Positions 13,148-25,674 of a DNA stretch of 64,000 bases are shown one piece after another (within the stretch, counting starts at the first letter, position 1; the number at the start of each line of letters is the position of its first letter). The DNA lies in NCBI GenBank assembly GCA_973895155.1, contig OZ316892.1:8670048-8734047 (forward strand), read 5' to 3'. Below the pieces are notes generated by a model that worked only from the letters and a program-made list of their open reading frames with translations, ran no database searches and was not told the origin of the DNA. Source of the stretch: Marsupella aquatica (lineage: Eukaryota; Plantae; Marchantiophyta). Position numbers and translations under genes: made by a program.

Positions 13148-16100
13148 TCATGAATCATAATCTACACCTCTTTCGAATATGATACGGGCCACGTCTTTCT
13201 TCCATCTGATGCTTCTAGGAACAAGGTCATGGACCCTAGATGGCCGTTGACGAGTGCAAGTATTACTAGGCTGTCGTGTTCTAACTCGTACCACCTCCCG
13301 ACCGATGTTCTCATTCCAGCACATTGCAGCACAAGCCATGCGGGCTTCGTGGGTCATGGAAAAATGAATCCTCTTCATAGCATATTTGTTGACATTTCCA
13401 TGAAATGTTTCACTAAGGAAGTTTGCCCGGGCTCTAGTGTAGAAGCGAACATTGACTGCAGTGACATTCTTGTGCAACCATTGCTTTAGAGCTCTATGTG
13501 TAGCGCCCCCTGTAAAATCCACAAGTATCCACATTAATTTATTTTTTTGGAAATATTAAAATATTACATAACAACCCAAGCACATTATTCATGTCATATG
13601 CAACTTACAACCAGGGAGAATTGCTAGTAGATTTTCACTTACCTGCGACATAATATGGACTATAAATTGCACCTTCCTCACAACACTTGCGAGGAAGGAA
13701 ACTTTTACAAGGTTCATGGTTACCAGCCCAGTGATCAGCTGCAGTGATGATCTCCCTAGCCAACATGGCAGCATCATCATTTCCCCTGCAAATAGTCATT
13801 AAGATTCAACTCAAGAATTAGGTCAGTTCAATCCAAAAGTAACATTTACAGAAGTCATGTAAATGGAAATAAATACCATAGTTATCATCCTACCTTTCTT
13901 TTGCATTGCAACAACAATAGTAAAACCAACTCTTCAACTTATCACCAAGTTGCTTCTCTGTCAATTCTAGATACTTCAACTGCCTCCTGGTACGCAATGT
14001 GATGTCCTCCTCTGGCAATCCTCTATGTCTTCCAATGCGATACACCAACTCTGTCTTATTACCTGTGTGTCTCAAATTTTGGTTCGTACACCAATCTGAC
14101 AACACCCGAACTGTAAATCTGCCCAATTCCTCCAAGGATGTTGCACCATCAATCCCATAAGCAGGTGCTATTTCTTTCACATTTGCCAACTCTTTGTTAA
14201 ACTGCTTCAATAGATTTTTACATTTGTGCCACAAATCCTTCTGGTTATCAATATTGAATTCATAAATTATATTATCAATAGTGTTGTTATCATCGTGAAC
14301 AACCTCATTGATTGTAATCCCAACATTCTGAAGATGTTCCAAGGCACGACGTACACCAAGTGCCTCAATAGCGCCTGAATTCCCTGCCTCAACCCGGTCA
14401 ATTGTTACAAGCTCTACTATCTTACCAGTAGCCACGTCTATCACGGGAACAGTGCCATGGTATCCAGAACGTGATGAGTCCCAACGACAATCCACATATA
14501 GAATTAATGGAGTGGAACCTACAATTATCATAAACCACAAAATAATGTTATAAAATCACCATTTACATGATGCTCTAACAACATGGTACCTAGTAAAATG
14601 ATAAATTCATTACTCAATGTAATTAACTAACACAAGCTTGTGCACTAAAAGGAAGACTCATATACCGTCTCTTTCTGCTAGGCCTCGTTGCAACCTTTGT
14701 TTCTTATTATCCCAAACTTGCAATACTGCTCCAATCCATCCAATGTCTCTTTGGGCTCCATTTTGAAATCGAAACCAATGTGTATTTCTTGGAACATGGA
14801 TTTGAATGTGAGAGAATAGTTCACTTATCATGTTGTGTGTTAGACCAGCAGAGAGAGCAGAGTGGTAAATTAATCCAGTGATTGCAGGAACACCTGTATT
14901 CATAAATTAAACAAGATTAGGTACACAATATTAAGCCATTTAGGTACAAAAAGACAGAAGTATAAAATTAATTTGAGTAGATTGCATACCTCTATAAAGT
15001 TCATTTTCTCCGGTCATGAAAGATTGTGCATGCCCTGTTGGGCACTTTAGCTTCAATATCCACAACTGATGGTGTGTGACAATGTCCTCAACCGAGTACT
15101 TACCGTCACAACCTTCAATACGACAATTCACACAAAACTCCTGGAAAAATTCGTGGACCTTACTCTTTTGCCAAAAAGCATACTCCACCAAACTCTCAGG
15201 GTCTGACTCAGTTTCTTGAGAAGATGGCTCATACTCATAATCCAAACGGCAGTCAACTTCTATTTGCTCAGAAGAAGTAGATGCCTAAAACAACACACAA
15301 TAATTAGTAAGTTAACTAAAAATGCAGTAATTGCAAGGAGGAATTATAACAGACTATGAATTGATACAAATGACAAGTACAAGAATGTGCAAAAATGTAA
15401 TACCTGAGTTGGAGCCTCTTCAAATCCAGAATCCATGAAAACCATATCATCTAATCCAAATGTTGTTGGATCAGCCACATCCAGCAAACAAATGGGTCCA
15501 TCCTCATTTGACATCTGTTTAGGGTTTAGGGTACAATATTTGTTTATTAGTTGAAGCTAAGCTTTACATTAAATTAATGTACACCTATGAAAAACTAGAG
15601 GTCCTCATTTGCATGACTTATCAATGTATGGAACAAAGGTAGCACAAAGCAAATTAATTGAAAAAGCTAAACTACACAGTTACCTGGGAATCGGACATCA
15701 TAGAACAATCTTCCAATTCTATGTTGGAGTCCGGAATGTGCTCTGCATCCTCCCTCCCAGACTGAATGCGGTCAAATACACAAGTGTTGGAGTATGAATG
15801 AACTTGCTCATCATGTGAAGGTGATGCCATATCAAAATTGGAATCATCATCATTTGGAACGGAGGATGGTGCACCACAAAATGGCTGCAATAAATAAATA
15901 CAAACATAGGTTAACAATAATAAAACATGATGTATCGGCAAAGATAAAACCTCTAAATTTTGGATAACCCAATTTTTTTAACACATACAAAAGGAGAGAT
16001 GGTGAAAGAGTTATACTCCAATTAAATTAAAATCTGGAAAGAAAGGGATTAGGGAAGGCAAACAAGTTGAAAGTAGAATGAAAAATGTTATTAAAAGTAC

Positions 16101-16406
16101 CTGAGCAATCAACCCAAAGGTTCCCAAGTCCTCTTCATCAGCAAGGTGTTCATTATTTATCCATCCAAAGTCATCTGGACCCTCAAATGCCATTACATCC
16201 CCTTCTTCATCCTGTCCGTGATGAGCACTAATAACAGCCGATATTTGCTCGGACATACCATCCATGAGCCAAGCCATAATCTTTCCATGAGACATGTTGA
16301 GGGCCCCTTGTAAGGCATGGTATCTACGTATATGACTTCCAGGAAGCCTACATCGAAGACTGCCTCCAACTTGGTGATAATCAATCGCAGGCGGTGGACG
16401 GTCCAT
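13148..16406 (-). CDS. Kolobok/Mutator-like DDE transposase, 8 coding exons, about 756 aa
   Basis: Exons 16406-16101, 15884-15684, 15514-15404, 15284-14990, 14893-14666, 14518-13894, 13785-13643 and 13509-13148 all have GT..AG introns and join in frame without stops. Motifs: CxxC..CxxGH (CVNC..CPTGH), D1 in VDCRWDS, D2 in VVHDD, DLWHK, DHWAGNH, E in SETFHGNVNKYAMKRIHF, and RMACAAMCWNEN. SAP-like insert at about 14025-14126. Confidence 0.88.
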
Positions 16407-17504
16407 TTGTCCGTCTCTAGCAACCTAACAATACAACAAACAAGAATTTGTAAATTATATGTCCTTGTATTTTTCTAGTACCTCAAAGGTCATGTTTGCA
16501 AGAATGCACTTATGAATGAAGATGTAGAAGTTCACACCAGGTCCATGATTACAATGAAGAAAAATGTACTGCAGAAAAATACATTGAGAATAATAATTGC
16601 AGCAAGTAAGAGAAAAAGAGCCCCACGCCATTCCCAATTATGCTCTAAGTGGATGGTTTGGTTCATACCTTCCCTTAGAGCGAATCCAGATTTATGGTAG
16701 TTCACCAAAGTCAGTACCCTACTACTGTAGATGGCAAGTTATGCAAAACTTGGTCATTTCCCTCGGCAAGCTGCATTTGACCCACGTGAGTCCCAGATGT
16801 TTTGCAGGTTGTGTCAGCTCCTAGGATGAGACGAGGCTGCCTAGTTCACTTTCAACTCCCGTCATTTTGAAGTCGATCGGATTTGTTATAACCTCCATGA
16901 ACCTGCATACTTTCCTAGCCTCAATGTGGGAAGACTCAGTATAATGTCTTTCACTCCTAGAGTAACCAATACAATCTAATAAGATAAGCTACTTTTTTGG
17001 ATCTGCATCACGCAAAACCGGACATACTACAGTCCGACCTCAGTTGGAAGTTGTGCATTTTTCATAATTTTCAGTCCGTCATCATTGAGAAGCTACATAA
17101 AAAAATTTCATAGACTACATGTGTTTGAATTGACATACTTGGAGCCTCTCCGTTCAGCCCATAATTTTGAATAACGTTCATCATCTCCCCTCGCGTTTCC
17201 CCAAGTTATAGACAACAAATTTGCGACATGCATTGGGAGTTGCTGGACCTTGGGCTGACGTTGATGGTTACCCTATTGTTGTAGTGTGCAGGTGACTGAA
17301 GGCTGCTAGAGACGGGGTACGTCCATTGTTGCAAAAAATGCTTGTCTACATAATTATCTTGCCAAAATTGCATACCTTCTGCGTAGACGAACAATTGCCC
17401 CTCAATCACCCTCGACCTTCAGTGAACTCTTCTTTATCATCGATAATCTGTGAGGCACCAGCGGTCAAGCTATCTTCCGACCAGCCAATCACGCCTCATT
17501 TTTT

Positions 17505-18110
17505 ATGAAAAGCTTTTCACATTGTTCTTATCAAATGGCGAACAACTGAGATTTGCTAGTTCCGAAAATTCAAACTTAGCGTCACTACTGATGCGACCGT
17601 CATGTGATGAGAGCACCTTTGCGGTTTTCAGAGCTTCACTGACTGCCGCCCTTACATGGGCCATTCGATCGTGTTTTCAGTCATCCAAGGCTTCAACACT
17701 ATGTTCCAATTCAACTCTGAGGCAAGAGATGCTTTATCCACAATGGGTAGCACAGCCTGCAAAAGGCGTGCAACACAAGCTTTTTGCTGCCAAGTACCAG
17801 AAGCCGATGTTTGACGAAGAACCTCGGATTGTTGAAGTGGCCAAAGGAAGGAGAAGCGTTGCCAAACTTTTCCTTCTTCAAAGAGATTGTGCTTCATTGC
17901 GGGGACAGACACAGAAGGTTCGCAGAGTTTTGTTACCCTGTTTTCTCGATGGCTTGTGTCCACTATGGCAGAGGGTTCTGTGTCTGGTATCAATGAAAGA
18001 TTGAATTATGATCTTGCCTTATTGTGATATCTTCTGTTCAACAAACGTAAAGCGCTCATTGGTGCATGCAAATGGGCAGACACGGAAATCAAGCACGATC
18101 TTGCCCGTAA
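17505..18110 (-). pseudogene. Decayed ARM/HEAT-repeat gene fragment (SINE1/TORTIFOLIA1-like) carried inside the transposon
   Basis: Minus-strand translation gives ..RENRVTKLCEP..AMKHN..WQQKACVARLLQAVLPIVDKASLASEL / SVEALDD*KHDRMAHVRAAVSEALKTAK. This resembles the plant SINE1/TOR1 HEAT segment (..CQSDQMAYVRGAAYEA..) but has a frameshift and in-frame stops. Confidence 0.45.
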
Positions 18111-19639
18111 TGACTTGAGAGTGACAGCTCGGTTGTGCTGGTGCACCTTATAATAGAACAATCAATAAAATCTCTCGCTGATAGCAGGAGTAGTTACACT
18201 TTGCTTGTCGCGATTTGCCTGATTTGTCTCGAAAGGATACAGACGCGACAGTGACAAGATGCACAAAATTTATGAGTACATTTGATCTTTGGTGCACTTT
18301 TGTTACTATCAAGTGTGTTTGAACAACGTCAGTACTTACTTGCAACTACTACAACTTGGATCGATGGAGGAGATGTACTCCTTGTAGCCATCTTCGATAA
18401 TGCAAATCCATGACCTAGGTTGTACATCAAGCGGATGTACTCCAAAGAAATTATAAAGGGATATCTTTAGGGCAGACATGTTTAGCAATGCAACAGCCTT
18501 GTGTATGTCAGTGAGAAGATTGCTGCGTCTTGGATCCAGAACTTAGTAGCATTCATTGTGAATTATTGAAGTTTCAAGGGGAAGATTTTGCACGCAAGGA
18601 CTTGTTCATTTTCGGGAGTGTTGGTCGAATGCTTCGGTTCCCACCAACCTTGCCGCGCATGCTTCTACAAAAACAGAGCACATATCCAATTTGGTCTCTC
18701 CCCTTTGAAACCTACTCCACTTCGTAAGACGAAGCATCCCACGGTGAGCGATTATGCACATTGGCTGTATAGTCAATAAAATCTTGGAAGATCACGTAAT
18801 GGTCAACATGGCTCTGGGTAATGGTCAACATTCGGGGCCATTGGACATGTCCATGACAGTGGGGCTGTGAGGATGCTGCGATGTGACGCAGTGAACCATA
18901 CTTGCAAATCTGAGTTGCGACTACTGTTGGTGTGATGTTGTGCAATTTGAAGAGATGTTTGTGACTTTCCGCCCCCACATTGAATGGATTGGCAGCGGGA
19001 TTCGGCAAGTCAAGAAGGATGCAGTTTTGTTAGTGATAAGCATTAGTGTCGCGAGCATGCTTGAAGTCCTGGAATGTTTTTAGCTTGGATGCTTTTCCAG
19101 CCCAGCAGAGCACGTCTGTGACGAACGTCCATAGCTTTAGCAGCAGATTTTCCAGCCCAGCCTACTGATCAACCCCGATGGCTATGGCAGCACCTTCTCA
19201 CGGTGACCTTCTCGGGGCAATGCACGCCATCGATGAATGGTGCTGCTCCCAATCCAATCTTGAACCACGCCCGCCCCCGGCCGCAGAGCAAAGCTGGCCT
19301 TAGCAGACCGACACGAGAGCCGTAGGCTTTCAGTAGTTTACTCCCACTTTCCTTTGCCACGACGAAAACAACAAATTCTCGTCCTTTCTTCGTTCGGTGG
19401 GGTCCCCCTTGTCGATGGCTATGGCAGCACCTTCTCACGGTGACCACCCCACTCACAAACCCACTCAGGATTGCACAGGCCCGTTTCACAGCACTGCCAC
19501 GTACTAACTACGGACGCAGTGTTTTGCGGAGCCTTTGGCTGGGGCTAGCCGGCTCTGGCTGAGAATCGGAAGCCTGGCCTTTGCTGGGCACCTCTGGAGA
19601 GAATGAGCTGACCGGAACTTGTCCCCTTCTGATATTTAT

Positions 19640-19654
19640 ATGGACAGTGGCGGT
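19640..19654 (-). repeat. Right terminal inverted repeat of the Kolobok-like element
   Basis: ATGGACAGTGGCGGT followed by TTAA. Confidence 0.9.
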
Positions 19655-20228
19655 TTAAAACGATTGGGCTTCGATCCCGTGCTAGTATTGTGTACGCATT
19701 TATAAATAGCACTACTTTTGTTTCATGCACTAATTGGTTCTACTATATTTACCGAACTCACCTTTTAATATTTTGTCGTCATTGTTTATGATATATATGG
19801 TTAATATAATGAACTTTGTCTTAGTAACATTTTGTTTGATGTATATATCCTTATTTTAGAGTGCCATCACAATGCATCACTTGTATAATTTAAATTTAGC
19901 ATTGCTTTGGCACCCCAATGAATGTGTTTTTATCTTTTCCCACTTCTAGCATGCACCCTCTGTTGCAAATCGTAGGCAATTTCTGCCATTTCTAGTGAAG
20001 AGGGAGAGTATTGACACTTTGAGAGGTTTCTCCTAAATATAATGAATGAAAGAAAGATATATACTTGACACCTTAATTTGGTTTACATTCTCGAACCCAA
20101 GACGTCTTAACTATTTATATTTATGTTGGTTGATTTCTTCAAAGACTTGCAAAAGATTAAAAAAATACAACCCCTGTTTCTCTGGGCACTTCGACCTTCG
20201 GTCCTTGTGGGTGCTTGACCCCGTCTGT

Positions 20229-20345
20229 GGGCCGCGCCCTTGTTGTATGCTGGTTCTCTGGGCACTGCAAGCTTAGCTACTTCTTGACGGGGCCGCCATT
20301 GTTGTATGCTGGTTCTCTGGGCACTTCAAGCTTAGCTACTTCTTG
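20229..20345. repeat. ~59-bp tandem duplication
   Basis: TTGTTGTATGCTGGTTCTCTGGGCACT.CAAGCTTAGCTACTTCTTG twice. Confidence 0.85.
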
Positions 20346-23300
20346 TAACTTGTGGGTGCTGACCCAGTTTGTTCACCAATTGGTTTTTTCGAGTCAAATA
20401 ATTGTGTGTTTCCCGATTTCCGCCGAGAGACGGTCCGTGGACAGTTCGGGAGGCTTCTTCTATAGGGCAATTCTCCCACCATTCTTGCAGCTAGTGCATT
20501 TCGAAACACTGTCATGCTCCTGAGATTGATTGCAAAGATCCCAGGGCCTACTGGATTGCCTTTCTCTGAGATGAATCAAAGCAGCTTTTATCTTTCTTTA
20601 GATTTCGATTCGTAGAAGTCAAATATTCGTGCGTCTATACAGTTCGATAGCCTTCTTCTTTGCGGAGTTTCTCCCGCCAGTTTTGCGGCTCTCGTGCATT
20701 CCTAATCGCTGCCTTGCTTCTGGAAGGGAGTGCAAAGATCGAAGGTGATACTAGAGGACCATTTCTCGCAGATGACTCTAAGCAGCTGTATGTTTATGCA
20801 GGTTTCGATTCGTGGAAGTCGGTCAGCCAGCTCAGGGCTCGAGTTCCGGACAGCAGTCGGTCGATAAATGTTACCCGACATGGACCCAATACTTTACAAC
20901 AGGATGTTGGCAGTAGGCAGGGAGTTCTGGACAAATGAGCGAGACTCGGTCGCTCTAGCGCGAATGATATTGCGAGGGCGGAGACTATGGGTACAATTTT
21001 TCTCGATCTTCTTAAAGTGAATCCTAAGCTGGAGCAGACGGTCGAGAATGCGTTCCCTGCTGTTGAGGAGAGTGGTGGTGAACAGGCTATTGTTCACAGA
21101 GAATTGAAGCAACTGATTCGACTGTTTGGCAAATCGAAAAATTAATAACACGTACGAGACCGTGTTCCACTGGCTACTTTGCATGACTGCGGAATGCGCA
21201 GCCAGAACACAGTCCTCCGAGCCGTCCAAACGCTAGAAAAGAATGACGATGGACAGTTCCAAACCAAAATTGAACGCAAACAGAATGGCGGATAAACGCG
21301 AAGCAAAGCTCCCTGGATTTCAACTAGCGCTTCCTTCTAAACATGTAGCACGACGACCATACCACGCTCCAACTTGCCATCACACCAGTGCTATTGCTCT
21401 TTTGCGGTAGATATCACCGGAGATTGCATTCTATCAAAGTTCACAGCACCCGCAGCAGTTCTTCACCTTCTTCCTATAATACTCCTATGCGCTGCCCTCA
21501 TACAACCCTCTGCCCTTCCATCCTTTTCTCAGCACGTCCAAATGACCCTGCGGAGATCTTTATGTTTGCATCATAATAATTATCACATTATTATGATGTT
21601 TTCCTTGTTTTCTTCGGAATGTATGCACCATCCAAATCATCTCACCAGCCACACCAAGTGCCTTGCTCCCTATTGATTTCAAGCTCCATTTCCTGTCAGG
21701 AACAGGCAATATCATCGTTCTGCGTGACATCGAGACCCTTGTCGCATTATCCACAGTATCCGTACTTGGGGTCGGACACGTCCGTTTCAAGATGCTGGAC
21801 CAAGAACATCACTCTTCCGCTTCTTCGTTCCACTAAAGCCCCGCTTTCTTTCATCCTGATGCGAAGCGGTGACTACCTCCGTCCCTCCACTCTTCGCATT
21901 ATAAGATACCTAATCGATTCGCATGTGTTCATGTTGATTTCGGGTTGATTTCGAGCTGGCCTTCGTGGATCGGCAGCCGGTCTGTTCGTCCGATCCCCAA
22001 ACCCAAAATCTCTTCTTATATTTCTATCTGGAATCTGGATTCGTTCGGACGATTCACCTGATTCCTGATCACTCGAGTTTTCAAACGTATGTCTGTTGAT
22101 TTGAATAATATTTGGATCAATAGCATGACTGTACACAGATCCCCGTGCCTCTCTTTGGTAGCTCCTCTTTGGGCACTCCTGCTAAATTTCACTTCTGGGC
22201 TGCACGTCGATCATCGCCCGGTTTTGCTCAGAAGTTAAGCTGTTGTTTGATTTAAGAAGTAATGAATGACGCCAAGCCAGAGAAGATGTTTGACAAGAAA
22301 TCTTTGCGCCAGAAGATAAGGGAAGAAGGCATCGAAATTTAGTTTGCCCGTTCTGGGCTCAGCTTCTTTCTGGCTCCCCGGGTTGTAGCACGTCGATCTT
22401 TGGTACTCCTGGATGGAGCCCTTTTGGGCTCTCCGTTTTGTATGCTGAATTAACAGAATGGATTTCATTTGGTTCATTCGAGGCAAAAAACAGGAGATGA
22501 AGGAAGGAGGCATCGAAACAAAGGTAGATTAAGCAGAGCATTCTCCACGAAAACCAATTGCTGCACAAAGGTTGAGAAGAAGCTGTTGCTTCAAGTGGGA
22601 ACAACGACTCAATTGTAAACGGTATCAATTGTAAAAGGTACTCCTCATTTGAAGTAACTGCACTAGTCCTACGCTCTGTCGCTGTGCCGTGCGACACGCG
22701 TTCCAAAAGCAAGGATCTCGTCCGCTGTATGTTCCTGCAACGTAATCAGGTTTGACGATTCAAGATCATGGCGGCGATGTTTGACCGTCTTCGCTGTCGT
22801 CAAAGGAGTGTCGCTGAAACTTGGGCCACAGTTTTATAACACTGCGATTCCACGTGTTGCTCATGAACGAACGAAAGAGTAAGGGTTGTTGAGGATACTA
22901 CTTGGCGCTTCCAGCAGCGCTGTGGCAGGAACAGATGTCTGGGCCAAGGGATGCCGCGTGTAGTCACTCATTGATTTTCTCAGCATGATGCGAACATATG
23001 GCCCTGAAGCTCCTCTCCGAATGACTCCTGGTCGAGAATTCCCGTTCCGAAATTTTTGGCTGCAGTGCGGTCATTTTCGAAAGCTCGCATGAGGTTGCTG
23101 GCTAGAAGCTGGAGTAAATTATGACGCGATTGCTTCAGGTCAATGACGCAAATTTACTAAAAAAATTCATCCTCTGCGGAATTCGACGAAACAAATTGCA
23201 TGGTTGCTGTCGGCTATGCCAAAACAATTGATAGAGAAATGAGGGCTGATATTATTTCGTCGTTGGAAGAATGTGAGGCGTAGTAGCGGGGCAAGTATAT

Positions 23301-24276
23301 CACAGAAGCTCCCACACAAAGGAATTTCCTAGATTGAAACTCCACTATTCAGTAGTAAGGTGATACTCCAACAGAAATGTACCACAGTAGTACTGCAACA
23401 GAATGCACCAGTGTTGAGTTACACCACGACTCGTGCAGGGTCAAGCTGAGAACAGTTTGAAATATGCCAAATACATCAAGTCTTTAGCGGAACATTTTGA
23501 TTCACAAAATTGGAATTTAAACGTTCCAGTCGTAGACCAGGATTTGATTCAAAAATTGTATTGACAGTAATATCTACAAAGAGAGATCTCTCTTTCCCTC
23601 TAGTTTGGATTTTAGAGAATCCACTCTACTTCAAAGGTTTCAATGCGTCCGAACTATTCACGAGTAGTAAACATTTTAACAGCTTGAACCTGTTGATATC
23701 CAGATTCCTCAACCTACTAATCAAGCGAATGGTGGAGATTCAGATTGATATATGCGCAAGAATTCACAACTACACAAACTAATCAGCAACCTGCGCTGAC
23801 TCACTGTAGTAGAGAGGAAGACAAGAGTGTCACTATGCGCAGTTCCATAGAGATGGACTGCATAGGGCGACAGCGAAGGCGGTCGGTTTCTACTAGCCGA
23901 CGCGCTAGCCGACAGAGCTGTGCGGGACAGAAGCGAAGTGAACGCAGCCCTCGCCATCGCCAGCACATAAATCGTAAGTTAGAAAATATAGGAGCAGACA
24001 TAGGCTGGCTTCAGCAAATTAAAGCCGTCTTCACCAATTTGGATCTTGGACACATGGACTGCATGCTAAATCGATTCTACAGAGGTAGAAAGTAGACGGC
24101 ATATTTACAAGAATGGGGTAAGCTAGCCTTTGGAACTAACGATTTCCAACACCGATTACGTGCCTAGCCACTGTGAGCGTTACCATGCGGGACAGTGATC
24201 TAGTCTGATAGGACACCTCAAAGGTACCTAGCTGGAGCAGAGAAGCCGAATGTAATGAATTGTGTGGAAACAAGCC

Positions 24277-25674
24277 CTATGAATGGACTGCAGTCTCAGT
24301 TGGCATCCCCTGTTGATGATGTTCACTCTCACTGTTGGGAATACCGTCCTTGGACTTCAAATCGTCCAGAACATTCTCCCCTTCGTCCTTGCCAATTGTC
24401 ATAATCTCTTCTCGTTGCCCCTCCGTCTCATCAGATCCTTCTGCCATCTGCTTCAACATTGTTCTCACCTTCTCCAAATGCTCGCCGACCGGCTCCCACA
24501 CCAAATCCATCTGAAACATTGTTGGAATATTAATCCCGCCTTTCTCTTGACAGATTTTGTAATAGCTCGTGAGCAAAAATGGCTGCATGAGACTCGGCAG
24601 TGGGTCGTGCGCCGCAAAGGTCACGTCCCGGCTCTTCACCAAGCGCTTGAGGTGCAAGAGATACTCGTGCGCGTTCGCGTGGGATCGCCGCGGAACCATA
24701 AGCATGCCCGGAGCAATCTTGCGAGGGCTCGCTCCATTACGGGGTATGACGACCTGGCCACTAGAGCCTACAGCAGGATCGGTAAAACAACGCGCGAGGT
24801 CTCGATGTCCGCTGTACAGATGAATCCCGCTGGTCGCGCGGGGATTGCATTCAATGGCAACGATGCGGCCTTCTTTGGTCTCAATGAAGTCGAATGCGAG
24901 CTGCCCTCTTACTCCCGGGTGCGCTTCTGCGATCTTCTGAACGTAATCACGGATGCCTTGATGTTCCGTGGATTCGAAGTAGACGCACGAGCTACCGTCC
25001 AGTGTATCTTTCACGGGGTAGATGGCGAGCGCCCGGAGCTGGCCTTCGCGGAGAACCGAGTAACTGCAGTATCTTGATCCGTAAAGCCACTCCTGAGCGA
25101 TGTAATGTTCCTCGTTGGTGACATCTATGTCTGGGAGAGGCTCTTCTGGTTTCAGATGGTAGACTTTGCTGGCTGCGCGGCCAAACACCGGTTTCACTGC
25201 CCATTCCTTTGTGCGATCCAACGTCCGAACGTCGTCCATGCTGCGGCAGAGCTTGGATTCCGGACAGTCGAGGCCGATGCGTTGCAAGAACTGGGTGAAC
25301 CACCACTTGTCGTGAAGGCGCATCAATGCGCCAAGCGGGGGCGCAAACAGCCTCTCCAGGATCTCCGGGTCCTCCGACTCTGCGAGATAGAAGATCTCCT
25401 CGTGCAGCGGAATGATCAGGTCTATCTCCTTCTCCTTCACTGCGTTCTTTACGCCCGCAATGTATCCTGCGGCGTCATCATGCGGCGCCGCGACCTTGAA
25501 GCTCTTCTTGACAACGTTGGAGAACTTGCAGACATGGTAGTGCATAGGGTCAACGACGAAGACGTTATGGCCTGCTCGCCTGAGTTGTCGGGCCAAATCT
25601 ATGGCAACGGGGAATCGCCCGTTGGACAGGAGAATGTTGAGGGAACGGCCTCCTTTCGGCGGTTTTGACTTCAT
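24277..25674 (-). CDS. ATP-grasp domain protein (putative amide/peptide ligase), intronless, microbial/fungal-like
   Basis: 465-aa ORF. N-terminal Rossmann-like ILLSNGRFPVAIDLARQL..GHNVFVVD; ATP-grasp motifs LHDKWWF, WAVKPVFGRA, IAQEWL, GQLAFDFI and AIECNPRATSG. Confidence 0.9.
   Translation of the reverse strand: MKSKPPKGGRSLNILLSNGRFPVAIDLARQLRRAGHNVFVVDPMHYHVCKFSNVVKKSFKVAAPHDDAAGYIAGVKNAVKEKEIDLIIPLHEEIFYLAESEDPEILERLFAPPLGALMRLHDKWWFTQFLQRIGLDCPESKLCRSMDDVRTLDRTKEWAVKPVFGRAASKVYHLKPEEPLPDIDVTNEEHYIAQEWLYGSRYCSYSVLREGQLRALAIYPVKDTLDGSSCVYFESTEHQGIRDYVQKIAEAHPGVRGQLAFDFIETKEGRIVAIECNPRATSGIHLYSGHRDLARCFTDPAVGSSGQVVIPRNGASPRKIAPGMLMVPRRSHANAHEYLLHLKRLVKSRDVTFAAHDPLPSLMQPFLLTSYYKICQEKGGINIPTMFQMDLVWEPVGEHLEKVRTMLKQMAEGSDETEGQREEIMTIGKDEGENVLDDLKSKDGIPNSESEHHQQGMPTETAVHS

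Larger units (their letters stand above)
9888..19654 (-). mobile_element. Full-length Kolobok-like cut-and-paste DNA transposon (autonomous-looking)
   Basis: Perfect 15-bp TIRs: ACCGCCACTGTCCAT (9888-9902) and ATGGACAGTGGCGGT (19640-19654). Both are flanked by TTAA (9884-9887, 19655-19658). The element encloses a DDE transposase and a convergent KolX-like gene, the two-gene layout and TSD known for the Kolobok superfamily. Confidence 0.88.

Noticed and set aside
19040-19160. AGKSAAKAM..SIQAKNIPGL as the N-terminus of the SINE1-like fragment
   Set aside because: The resemblance is short, lies about 1 kb from the main fragment, and cannot be distinguished from chance without an alignment.
9888-19654. 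KolobokP-type long terminal direct repeats
   Set aside because: No second copy of either terminal sequence was seen inside the element; only the 15-bp TIRs match.
22890-22960. Kinase-like RILLGASSSAVAGTDVWAKGC on the + strand
   Set aside because: Followed almost immediately by a stop, with no DFG, HRD or APE motifs nearby; probably chance.
24283-25668. Long + strand ORFs (264 aa, 187 aa), and similar antisense ORFs over the BAHD and esterase genes
   Set aside because: Antisense shadows of real GC-rich CDSs on the opposite strand.
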